Notes under the pieces: generated by a model
Database searches by the model: none
The model's input: the letters and a program-made list of their open reading frames with translations, nothing else
What the model was told of the DNA's origin: nothing
Translations under genes and position numbers: made by a program
Assembly (NCBI GenBank): GCA_028275885.1
Contig: JAPWTW010000004.1
Location: forward strand, 30,001-62,000
Direction: 5' to 3'
Source: Candidatus Nanopusillus sp.
GTDB lineage: Archaea > Nanobdellota > Nanobdellia > Nanobdellales > Nanobdellaceae
Length of the DNA stretch: 32,000 nt
In this document: positions 8,871 to 17,581 of the stretch, piece by piece
How positions within the stretch are numbered: position 1 is the first letter of the stretch
How the letters are laid out: the number at the start of each line of letters is the position of its first letter

Positions 8871-9707
8871 ATGTTTGCACATGCTCAGGGTGAATATGAA
8901 AAATCAAAATGGATAATAGTAGGAATTCCATCAGAAATTGGTAGTTTATCTCATATAAAAAATTATATTGAAGGACCCGAATCCATTAGGGATGCATCTT
9001 ACAGAATATTTTCTCCAATATTTGGAGAAATAAATATGAAAGATATATATGATTATGGCGATATAGATTTGGAAGATATAAAAGATCTGGATAAATTATA
9101 TGAAAAAATATATAATGAAATTAAAAAAATATATAGAAAGGATAAAAAATATATATTTTTAGGAGGAGATCATTCAATAACATATCCAATATTAAAAATT
9201 GTTAAAGAAAATTGGGAAGATTTTTATTTATTGTATTTTGATGCCCATCCAGATATTCATCCTGATCCATATCCAAATTATCAAAGTTTTATTTATCATT
9301 TAATAAAGGAAAATTATATTGAACCTGAAAAAATTATTTATATTGGTATATCTAATTTATCGTTTGAAGAAAAAAATATAATAAAGGAGTGGGGGATAAG
9401 ATATTACAACCTTTTGGATGTTTGGGATAATATAAAAGAAATTTCAAAGGAGATATCAAATATATTAGAAAATAAAAATTTGTATATTTCAGTTGATATA
9501 GATGTATTTGATACAGGATGTGGACATTGGTTAGAAGGCATTGGAATTAGACCATATCATTATTTTAAGATTATAAAAGAATTAAGAAATATCAATTTAA
9601 TTGGTTTTGATTTAGTAGAATTATTTTCAAATGAAGTATGTGATAATTTGGCTGCAAAAATTGTTATTGAATCAATAGCAATCTTTAATAAATCTATGCA
9701 ATCATGA
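8871..9707 (+). CDS. Arginase-fold ureohydrolase (agmatinase-like), divergent
   Basis: Metal-binding motifs of the arginase/agmatinase family are present: GGDHSITYP, FDAHPD, SVDIDVFD. The segment after the last motif (TGCGHWLEGIGIRP) differs from the usual DPAFAPGTGTPEPGG-type loop, so the substrate is uncertain. Confidence 0.75.
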   Translation: MFAHAQGEYEKSKWIIVGIPSEIGSLSHIKNYIEGPESIRDASYRIFSPIFGEINMKDIYDYGDIDLEDIKDLDKLYEKIYNEIKKIYRKDKKYIFLGGDHSITYPILKIVKENWEDFYLLYFDAHPDIHPDPYPNYQSFIYHLIKENYIEPEKIIYIGISNLSFEEKNIIKEWGIRYYNLLDVWDNIKEISKEISNILENKNLYISVDIDVFDTGCGHWLEGIGIRPYHYFKIIKELRNINLIGFDLVELFSNEVCDNLAAKIVIESIAIFNKSMQS

Positions 9708-10341
9708 AATGTGTTTGATTAATTCTTTTTACATATACTGTTACAAGTTGATAAAATGTAATATTATTTACTGAATAACATGGTATGTAATTACATATAA
9801 TATTTCCATTTGTATTTTCTGTACATATTATATTTCCAGATAAATTTGTTGGAAATAAAAATACAAAAGTTTGATTTGAAGTATTTTTATTACTCAAACA
9901 AAAACTATATAAGAAATAATAAAAATCTGAATAATAATTTTTACATATGGTTAACTTGATATAATCTAAAGAATAATATACTGAAATTGGATATGTATAT
10001 GTATTACAATTTCCATTAAAATTTATAATTCCAAAACTATAATTACCAATTTCTGCTCTAAATGTATAAGGAAATATTGTACAATTTGGAAGCATATTGT
10101 AATATGTTTGATTGAATTGCCTTATTTTTTCCATTGTTGTAAAGTATATTGGATAATTTGGATATCCTATACAATTTGGAGAAAATAGGTTGTATATTAT
10201 TTCTTGTTGATATGAAAAAGAAGTTTGTTCTTTATAATTAGTTAAATTAATGCTAGAAAAAATTGCTAATAAAAGTATCATTCCAACTAAAAATAAAACG
10301 GTTAATATTGTTATAAATACTATGGAAAATTGTTCTTTCAT
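9694..10341 (-). CDS. Cluster protein 12: N-terminally anchored Cys-containing ectoprotein, unknown family
   Basis: 215 codons. N-terminus MKEQFSIVFITILTVLFLVGMILLLAIF (charged/Q head plus one hydrophobic helix). 8 Cys. Many N-x-S/T sequons. Last gene of the co-directional cluster. Confidence 0.75.
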   Translation of the reverse strand: MKEQFSIVFITILTVLFLVGMILLLAIFSSINLTNYKEQTSFSYQQEIIYNLFSPNCIGYPNYPIYFTTMEKIRQFNQTYYNMLPNCTIFPYTFRAEIGNYSFGIINFNGNCNTYTYPISVYYSLDYIKLTICKNYYSDFYYFLYSFCLSNKNTSNQTFVFLFPTNLSGNIICTENTNGNIICNYIPCYSVNNITFYQLVTVYVKRINQTHFMIA

Positions 10342-10349
10342 CTTTTATA

Positions 10350-11585
10350 TTAGAGATAATCTTTTATACATTCCTCTGGGAATGTTATTGTTTCTGGGCA
10401 TGTTGGGTTGTTAGGACATTGCCCTGGTAAACATACTGGACATTCTTCTCCACCAATTATACACATATAGCATTCAACTGGGATTGAATAATAATATGGG
10501 AATGTAAATATTATTTTTGAATCTTCTCTACTTATGCTTACATCACTACATCCATTTATTGAGGAACATGAATATTTTTGATCTTGTAATGTACAACTTT
10601 TCGATATCGCTGTCTTATTTGTTTCATTGTATACTCCAACACATTTATATATACAATTTAGATAATACTCGTTTGTTACATTTTCGTAAAAAACTATAGA
10701 AGTAATAATTATAGATTGCGGATATGTATTTCCGTTATAATATACATTATATCTATTGTCAGAACATTTTAATATTACTCTACAAGCAATTGCTTTAGGA
10801 TATAAACATATTTTACATAATGGAATATCCACACACTTATATGGAATTATTGTTTCGTTACATTTAATATCTGGGTTATTTGAAAATTGTTCAAATCTCC
10901 TTGCACAGTTATCAGTTGTAACATTATTATATAATGTATTTACACAATCTTGGAAAGAACATTCTGGAAATTCTTCTAAAGAAAATTGATATGCTAGATT
11001 ATACAAATAAAATGCTGGATTGTTTGTTATATTTGATGTAGATGCATAGGGAATTATTGAACCAGAAGAAGGTCCAGTAATATTTATGTATACCCCCTGA
11101 ACATAAACAGGAAAGTTATAATTATACTTTCCGGAATATATATCATCACATGTTCCTAGAATACCAGCTCGATAATTATTTGAAAAATTGAAAGATATAT
11201 TATATGGATAATAATATTTATATGCAGACAAATATTGTTCTCCATAGCTTATTAAGCTTGTAAATCCAGAAGTTAGTAAATTATTATAATATTGAATTGC
11301 ATTTTCACATGGTTGTGGTAATATACACTGAGGAGGAAAAGAAGCCCAGTTTTCTTTTCCCCAACCACTTGTTCCTGCTACATAAGATTTTGCATAACCT
11401 TCCTGTGTTAGTGCTGTTTGTAAATATCCTAAAAGGTAGTTTGATAAAGTAGATAAAGATGTAAATCTACCAAAAACAACATTCTGATTATAATTATATG
11501 TTAATGCATAAAAAGATAGAAGAATTATTAATATAGAAACTGTCAAAAATAGAACTATATAAATACTTTCTGTTTGATTTCTCAT
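10350..11585 (-). CDS. Cluster protein 11: N-terminally anchored, highly Cys-rich ectoprotein, unknown family
   Basis: 411 codons. N-terminus MRNQTESIYIVLFLTVSILIILLSFYAL. 24 Cys, with a dense C-terminal knot ECYMCIIGGEECPVCLPGQCPNNPTCPETITFPEEC. 4-nt overlap with the upstream gene. Confidence 0.8.
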   Translation of the reverse strand: MRNQTESIYIVLFLTVSILIILLSFYALTYNYNQNVVFGRFTSLSTLSNYLLGYLQTALTQEGYAKSYVAGTSGWGKENWASFPPQCILPQPCENAIQYYNNLLTSGFTSLISYGEQYLSAYKYYYPYNISFNFSNNYRAGILGTCDDIYSGKYNYNFPVYVQGVYINITGPSSGSIIPYASTSNITNNPAFYLYNLAYQFSLEEFPECSFQDCVNTLYNNVTTDNCARRFEQFSNNPDIKCNETIIPYKCVDIPLCKICLYPKAIACRVILKCSDNRYNVYYNGNTYPQSIIITSIVFYENVTNEYYLNCIYKCVGVYNETNKTAISKSCTLQDQKYSCSSINGCSDVSISREDSKIIFTFPYYYSIPVECYMCIIGGEECPVCLPGQCPNNPTCPETITFPEECIKDYL

Positions 11586-12787
11586 ACTTTTAATTTAATA
11601 TGAAGGTATATAAGTGTTAATATAATCATTGTTACTATCAATCCATGTATTATACCGAGTATTTTCATTATATTTGGTATAAATAATATACTTAATGGAG
11701 GACCTCCATATACTGCAAATTCTAGCAATTCTCCAATTATAACTTGTATTATAAGTAATATTCCAATTGTAATACCAATGGCTTTTTTAATTGGTTTTTT
11801 AACATTACTAAATAGTTTATGATGTATTCCTATGAAGAAAAATATCATAGCCATAAGATATCTTGTATGTAGAGCATAAGAAGTAAAATCTTTATTTGAT
11901 GTAAATAATGCACCCAAAAATATTATCAAGACCATAGTAAATAGTAAGAAATAATTTGTGAAATGATCATTTTTCATGCTCTTATAAATTAAAAAATAAA
12001 TAATAAATTCATATATGGATAAAAATATAAGAGCCTTATATACGGTAATCTGGTATTTTACAATTAAACTCTCTGAAGCTAGATTACTATAAAATGATAA
12101 CCCATATATAGCTATAACAATTTGTAATATTATAATAAAAAATATCGATAAAAATATATACTTTTTATATTTATAAATTTCTGATAATTTTTTGAATATT
12201 TTTGTTCTTACTATAAGTATTTCATTGCCATTAAAATATACAATCAGAAATAGAAATATAGCAAATACAATAAACAAAGTTGAATATAATGTTTTGAAAG
12301 TATAAATATTTGATAATGCAAAGTTAATGACTGAACCGACTATAGGTCCTGTTGCTACTTCTAAATCTATTGTTATAACGTTGATTACCAATTCAATGAA
12401 AAATAGTATTATAAATAAAACTAAAGAAAGTACATAAAATATCAAAGATTTTTTTGAAATATAAAAGTTATTTTCAAATAAATAATATCCTAGAGCAAAT
12501 ACTATAAAGTAAAATATCCAATAATTTATTGAAAGACCAAGTGATAAACGTACTAATAAAGGCCAATTTTGGTAATAGAGAGTTCCAAAAATTATAAATG
12601 GTATAAGTAAAAATGCCGACTTATATATCAAAGAAGTATTCTTTGAATTTTTTAATATAAAAGATAATAGAAATAAATATATTATACCAAAGATGATTAC
12701 ATTTATATTAAATTTACTATCAAAAGTAAAAAATAAGAATATTAGTAAATATAAAAGAAATAAAATTTTATCTTGTTTTTTTACCAT
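11582..12787 (-). CDS. Cluster protein 10: polytopic integral membrane protein (about 10-12 TM), Cys-free, unknown family
   Basis: 401 codons, almost entirely hydrophobic helices with short loops. Zero Cys. Overlaps both neighbours (7 nt upstream, 4 nt downstream). Confidence 0.8.
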   Translation of the reverse strand: MVKKQDKILFLLYLLIFLFFTFDSKFNINVIIFGIIYLFLLSFILKNSKNTSLIYKSAFLLIPFIIFGTLYYQNWPLLVRLSLGLSINYWIFYFIVFALGYYLFENNFYISKKSLIFYVLSLVLFIILFFIELVINVITIDLEVATGPIVGSVINFALSNIYTFKTLYSTLFIVFAIFLFLIVYFNGNEILIVRTKIFKKLSEIYKYKKYIFLSIFFIIILQIVIAIYGLSFYSNLASESLIVKYQITVYKALIFLSIYEFIIYFLIYKSMKNDHFTNYFLLFTMVLIIFLGALFTSNKDFTSYALHTRYLMAMIFFFIGIHHKLFSNVKKPIKKAIGITIGILLIIQVIIGELLEFAVYGGPPLSILFIPNIMKILGIIHGLIVTMIILTLIYLHIKLKV

Positions 12788-14409
12788 ACTGTTAATTTAG
12801 AGACAAGATATCCGCCTAAAAAAGGCATATCTACTGGCAAATATATATAATATACATATATGTTTGTGTTTGGTGGTATTGGATATCCCAAACTTACACT
12901 ATTTTGACTACCTTGATAAATATAAGCGTTTAATTCTTCTTTGTTTCCTGTATCAGTAATACAATATGCTCTTGCCATTGCAACACCGTTTGATCCAGCA
13001 TGTGGGTCATAATATACTGCAGAAATTATAAATTGATAGGTATTTGGGTCTCTATTATTTATTACCCATTTAGTAATATTAAATCTATAAAATCCTTGAG
13101 CATATGTATTAATACCACCTAAGTAAACTAAAGGGCATTCCTTTCCAACAACAATTCCGTTTATATTTTGTATATCATTATATACACCAGTTGGACACCT
13201 TATTGTTTTTTCATTTATTTTATATTCACATAAAGGATCTGCTGCTAAAAATACATAATCTGGTTGTCCATTTTTATTTAAATAAGAAATATATAGAGCC
13301 ACTGTCTCATGCCATGGATAATCTATAAATACTTGTTGGCAATGTGGTGGTATATTTACTACACCTCTGTAAAAAGATCCTACAACCAATACTTGACTAC
13401 CTCCGCAAAGGGAATTACCTGTATATCTTGTACCAAATTCTTGTTGACATGCTGCATTTAAATATTCTCTTGGGATTATAAAATCTGCTAGTCTATTTAT
13501 GTCAGTAGCAGTTTTATAAACAGGAGGACCTTGATAATATTGAGGTTCAGATGTTAGATATTGATTATTAGTTGCCGGACAAGATCTTGTATATATGCAT
13601 AAGAATCCAGAAAAGAAATTTGGTAAGTCAGATACTTGTTGAGCTAGTACACCAACTACACCTAAATAATTTGGAAATAAATGCCATTCACTATTGGGAC
13701 AATATACAGAAGCTTCAGTAAAATTATGATTTGGAAATATTCTTGATAAAGGTTCACAATATCTTAGTTGTATGGCCATTGCTTGTGATCCTTGTGGATA
13801 AAATGATTGTAAGCCCCATGCATTTGTTGATAATGTTTGATGGAAAGGTGCTGTTGCATTGACCCATCCAGCCCCATATATAGTCAGGCTTACTGGTATA
13901 TCAATATTCTGTGTATAATTATTTGTAAAGAAATACGTATAATCCCATTCATACCATTGTTTGCCATTTTGATCTGGTGGAGGTCTCATAGAACAAGGAT
14001 CCCAATTATTTATATTGCCAGCCACTACAAACATCTGGACAATCCATCCGGTTATTGGTGGTACAAAATATATTGTAAGGTTCCATCTATTTCCATATAT
14101 ACTATTAAAATAATTTGTTATAGTCTGTGATATATTTGTACATATATTTTGATTTATGCAGTATGTATCGTTTCCAGAAGATGAAAAATAAGATAATAAA
14201 AATGCATAGGATAAGTTAACTTTATTATCATTAATATATGATAATAAAACAATACTATTCTGGGTTGTTAGAGTATATTGATTTTCTACATTATAAGTTT
14301 GCATTGTTTTTTGATTATAGTTACTTGATATTAAGGTATATAATAGAACTAATAATGATATTATTGAAATTATAATAACAAATGTTAGAGTATTTATTTG
14401 ATTTTTCAT
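12781..14409 (-). CDS. Cluster protein 9: N-terminally anchored large ectoprotein, unknown family
   Basis: 542 codons. N-terminus MKNQINTLTFVIIISIISLLVLLYTLI. 14 Cys. No Walker or other catalytic motif recognised. Confidence 0.8.
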   Translation of the reverse strand: MKNQINTLTFVIIISIISLLVLLYTLISSNYNQKTMQTYNVENQYTLTTQNSIVLLSYINDNKVNLSYAFLLSYFSSSGNDTYCINQNICTNISQTITNYFNSIYGNRWNLTIYFVPPITGWIVQMFVVAGNINNWDPCSMRPPPDQNGKQWYEWDYTYFFTNNYTQNIDIPVSLTIYGAGWVNATAPFHQTLSTNAWGLQSFYPQGSQAMAIQLRYCEPLSRIFPNHNFTEASVYCPNSEWHLFPNYLGVVGVLAQQVSDLPNFFSGFLCIYTRSCPATNNQYLTSEPQYYQGPPVYKTATDINRLADFIIPREYLNAACQQEFGTRYTGNSLCGGSQVLVVGSFYRGVVNIPPHCQQVFIDYPWHETVALYISYLNKNGQPDYVFLAADPLCEYKINEKTIRCPTGVYNDIQNINGIVVGKECPLVYLGGINTYAQGFYRFNITKWVINNRDPNTYQFIISAVYYDPHAGSNGVAMARAYCITDTGNKEELNAYIYQGSQNSVSLGYPIPPNTNIYVYYIYLPVDMPFLGGYLVSKLTVW

Positions 14410-15251
14410 TTTAGATAATATAATAGTATAAATAGGCCTATTATTACTATAATTATAACTATTGCCGTTGGTAAAATCAAATTAACATTATTGATGTTAT
14501 TAGTACTTACATTTGGTTGTGGATAAATTAATTGTTGGTTATTATTTGTAAGATTATTTGTTAAGTTTATTTCAGTTTGATTTATACATTCAAATACACC
14601 GGTACAAGATATATAAACAATATTTGGTGGTGGACATTTCTGTAGAAATTCTTGATACAATTGATTTAATGAATAATTGTATGGGCATCTAAACCAGTTA
14701 CCTTGAAAAGATAAATTCTCTGGACAATAACCACAGCTGTAAAAATTACGGTAATATAATAATAATGACTGATAAGATTCATTACCTGCTAAGTAGGAAA
14801 GTGGTATATATGGGTGATCAAAACATGGGTAAATTTGATTAGAACATGGGGGGTAATACCAAGGCGTATTTGGACAATTTAATAGATTATCACATAATGT
14901 TTGATTTTCTGTTGGTATAGTTAGGTCTTGATATGCCGATGGAGGAATTAATATATATGGACTAACTAATGTACCATTTTGGTATTTACAATAACTGCTA
15001 TTTACATATATTAATCCGTAATGTGCACAAAGAGAATATTCTGGAGGTACATTATTTTCAAAATATTGTAAAGCGTCAAAATATGTATTATTTATAATAC
15101 AATAGGAGCCTGTATCATTTGCGTAATAGGTTCCTCCACCATATTCACAGTAAACTGCTATTGGATTTTTCATAGAGAATATATTATATAGTAAATTTAT
15201 GAAGATAGTTATAAGAAATGCTAATAAATTTCTATTTTGCGAGAGTAACAT
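14406..15251 (-). CDS. Cluster protein 8: secreted Cys-rich type-I membrane protein with DUF333-like N-terminal motif
   Basis: Signal peptide MLLSQNRNLLAFLITIFINLLYNIFS, then KNPIAVYCEYGGGTYYANDTGSYC (resembles the NPA-x-x-YC-x(3)-GG...C motif of DUF333). 14 Cys. C-terminal TM anchor LILPTAIVIIIVIIGLFILLYYLK. Confidence 0.75.
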   Translation of the reverse strand: MLLSQNRNLLAFLITIFINLLYNIFSMKNPIAVYCEYGGGTYYANDTGSYCIINNTYFDALQYFENNVPPEYSLCAHYGLIYVNSSYCKYQNGTLVSPYILIPPSAYQDLTIPTENQTLCDNLLNCPNTPWYYPPCSNQIYPCFDHPYIPLSYLAGNESYQSLLLYYRNFYSCGYCPENLSFQGNWFRCPYNYSLNQLYQEFLQKCPPPNIVYISCTGVFECINQTEINLTNNLTNNNQQLIYPQPNVSTNNINNVNLILPTAIVIIIVIIGLFILLYYLK

Positions 15252-16689
15252 TTTGTATTGCTACAATTGAAAACTTAGGAAATGATATGCCATAAGGTGA
15301 CTGATCAAATGGTACATATATATATCCATCTTGCATCCAATAAACTCCTCCACAAGATGATCCTATTGCGGCACTGCAAGCTTGATAATCTGAATAATAT
15401 CTATAGCATTCACTTTTACTAAGAGTTATTCCACCTATTCTACCATCTGAAGTATAAATTAAACATTCTGTTACACGCCCCCATGAATTTGCAAATATCC
15501 AACATTTTGGAGTTCCATATACTTCTTGACATAGTTGGGATTGTGTATCATATCCAACCAGCAACATAGCATGACCTGTAGTTCTTACAAAATATAAAGG
15601 ATATTTATTTGGATTAGATCCGCCAATTCCAGCCATATAGCCACTAACTGTTAATGGTCCATAGCATAACAAATATTGAATTATTTCTAGACTTGATAAA
15701 GACTTCCCTTCATGAACTAATTCCATAACATTATGTGAATAATATAATGGTGAAGTGGGCCCATTATAGTCAAAATTGCATACATCTCCAGGATAACTAA
15801 TATCATCTGTTCTACACATTGCTAAAGTAGAACTATAATGTCTTCGTTCAGGATCTGCTGGTATACCATATTGAGATGCATATAGTATACCTATATATGG
15901 CCAACCGCCGTTACAACCCATATTATTTTCACAATATATTGTAGTATTCGGATAACCCTTATTACATTTTATTGCTATATATGCAGCGGATAATGTTAAT
16001 CCTTCGTTAGGTTTATTATTTCTTATCATATAAATTGAGGCAATTTGATTTGAAGATGCAAATGCCCAACAGTCTCCACAAACTCCTTGATCACCCACTG
16101 GAGGTAAGTAATTATTTCCATTTACATCACCCCAGAAAAATCTTGATTGTTCAGTATATTTAACTAAACATCTACTATTTGGGTCAATAGTATTATTTAT
16201 TTGGTTAGTCTGATTATTTTGATTAGTTTCTGGACTTATGATTATAATAGTTCCATTAGGCAAATATTGATTAAATATGAAAATTGTATCATTAAAATCT
16301 GCAGAAATAAAAATAGTATTATTTGTACTAACCAAATATATATAATTATTTGGATATAAAAAACTTACATTTTGACCATTATTGTATAAAATTACAGATT
16401 TATTTTGAAAATTAATCGTATAATTATAATTATTATATTGGATTATTAATTTGTTGTCTCTTGAATATAATATAATTCCACTTGGTATATCAACTTTTAT
16501 ATAATGTGTACCTTGCATGTTGTTTATTGTATCCTGTAAATTTTGTAAATTATTGACAAAATTCTCAAATATATATCTTTCTTGTTCCCTTTTAACATTT
16601 GTAGAATATTGATAATAAATTAAGAAAGATAATGATACAATTAATAATATTATTGCTACTGAGAGCAAATTTAACTGATTCTTTTTCAT
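15232..16689 (-). CDS. Cluster protein 7: membrane-anchored papain-family (C1) cysteine peptidase
   Basis: N-terminal anchor MKKNQLNLLSVAIILLIVSLSFLIYY, an N/I/Y-rich beta-like middle region, then a C1 domain with all catalytic elements: Q-G-V-C-G-D-C-W-A-F (Gln oxyanion and Cys207, codon 16069-16071), TGHAMLLVGYD (His), FANSWG (Asn-Ser-Trp). Confidence 0.9.
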   Translation of the reverse strand: MKKNQLNLLSVAIILLIVSLSFLIYYQYSTNVKREQERYIFENFVNNLQNLQDTINNMQGTHYIKVDIPSGIILYSRDNKLIIQYNNYNYTINFQNKSVILYNNGQNVSFLYPNNYIYLVSTNNTIFISADFNDTIFIFNQYLPNGTIIIISPETNQNNQTNQINNTIDPNSRCLVKYTEQSRFFWGDVNGNNYLPPVGDQGVCGDCWAFASSNQIASIYMIRNNKPNEGLTLSAAYIAIKCNKGYPNTTIYCENNMGCNGGWPYIGILYASQYGIPADPERRHYSSTLAMCRTDDISYPGDVCNFDYNGPTSPLYYSHNVMELVHEGKSLSSLEIIQYLLCYGPLTVSGYMAGIGGSNPNKYPLYFVRTTGHAMLLVGYDTQSQLCQEVYGTPKCWIFANSWGRVTECLIYTSDGRIGGITLSKSECYRYYSDYQACSAAIGSSCGGVYWMQDGYIYVPFDQSPYGISFPKFSIVAIQNVTLAK

Positions 16690-16710
16690 TATGATCTATA
16701 ATATTTAAAA

Positions 16711-16720
16711 ATTTTTTAAA
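16711..16720 (-). promoter_or_regulatory. Possible internal TATA element ahead of the peptidase gene
   Basis: The only sizeable gap inside the cluster is 35 nt (16690-16724). The minus strand there reads TTTAAAAAAT, centred about 26 nt upstream of the ATG at 16689. Composition makes this weak evidence. Confidence 0.25.
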
Positions 16721-16724
16721 ATTT

Positions 16725-17165
16725 TTAACTTGGATTTTCTATATAAATTGTTACATCTGTTGGAGATGTTTTTTTAACAAGCAAAGGTATTTTTTGATTA
16801 GGACTTCCACGTGATAATTCATAAAATAATCCGGAAGTATAATATTGAATCATATTATTTGTTGTATTTATTATTACATTGCAAGGTACTGTATAATTAT
16901 AATATTTGTCATATATGTAACAGCTTAATAAATTACCATTACTATATATATAATTTAGATATTTGTTTATTTCAATAGTAATATGAAATTCTGTTCCATT
17001 ATTGGAATAGCACGCTCTTTCAACTGTTGCATATAAATTTTGACATGAAGATATATTTTTATATAATAATTGAGTCTCATTATTTATGCCTGTAAATTTA
17101 AAATATAAATATAAAGATAAACCAAAAGCAATAATTGCTATAATTATCCAAAACCACTTTTCCAT
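16725..17165 (-). CDS. Cluster protein 6: small N-terminally anchored protein (pilin-like topology)
   Basis: 146 codons. N-terminus MEKWFWIIIAIIAFGLSLYLYF. 4 Cys. Beta-rich N/Y/I domain. 2-nt gap from the upstream gene. Confidence 0.7.
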   Translation of the reverse strand: MEKWFWIIIAIIAFGLSLYLYFKFTGINNETQLLYKNISSCQNLYATVERACYSNNGTEFHITIEINKYLNYIYSNGNLLSCYIYDKYYNYTVPCNVIINTTNNMIQYYTSGLFYELSRGSPNQKIPLLVKKTSPTDVTIYIENPS

Positions 17166-17167
17166 TT

Positions 17168-17581
17168 TTATCCTTGAATATTAATATAAACATAATTTCC
17201 TGCCGAATAAATTAATATATACTTTCCAGGATTTATATTATAATTACAATTTTGCATTGCAACATTTGGATCTATACTCTTTACTCCATTTATTAAATCT
17301 TCACATGTAAATGATGGCCCCTGATAATGAATCAAGTAACAGAGACCTTGAGCTTTTTTATAATAACATGATACCACATTCATTGCAACAGTTGTCATTG
17401 AACTTACATTTGTTTCTACTACAGTCTGTGTAGTATTGTATTTGGGCATTATGTTATTTATGTATGAAGATATATTTTCTCTTAATACAAATATTATTCC
17501 TGCAATTGTTAATGTAACAATTATTCCAATAAAGATTAAAAAAGTATAATTAATTGGGAGCTCTTGAATTCTCATTGCCAT
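17168..17581 (-). CDS. Cluster protein 5: small N-terminally anchored protein (pilin-like topology)
   Basis: 137 codons. N-terminus MAMRIQELPINYTFLIFIGIIVTLTIAGIIFVL. 4 Cys. C-terminal GKYILIYSAGNYVYINI motif shared with proteins 3 and 4. Confidence 0.7.
   Translation of the reverse strand: MAMRIQELPINYTFLIFIGIIVTLTIAGIIFVLRENISSYINNIMPKYNTTQTVVETNVSSMTTVAMNVVSCYYKKAQGLCYLIHYQGPSFTCEDLINGVKSIDPNVAMQNCNYNINPGKYILIYSAGNYVYINIQG

Noticed and set aside
11582-12787. Polytopic membrane protein considered as an archaeosortase, exosortase or prepilin peptidase
   Set aside because: It contains no Cys at all (archaeosortases need a catalytic Cys), and I could not find the paired Asp motifs of PibD/FlaK-type peptidases. 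Left as unknown.
10517-14130. Plus-strand ORFs 10517-10699, 10756-10989 and 13837-14130 inside the minus-strand cluster
   Set aside because: They are antisense to long, tightly coupled genes and have no start context or motifs. Treated as shadow ORFs.
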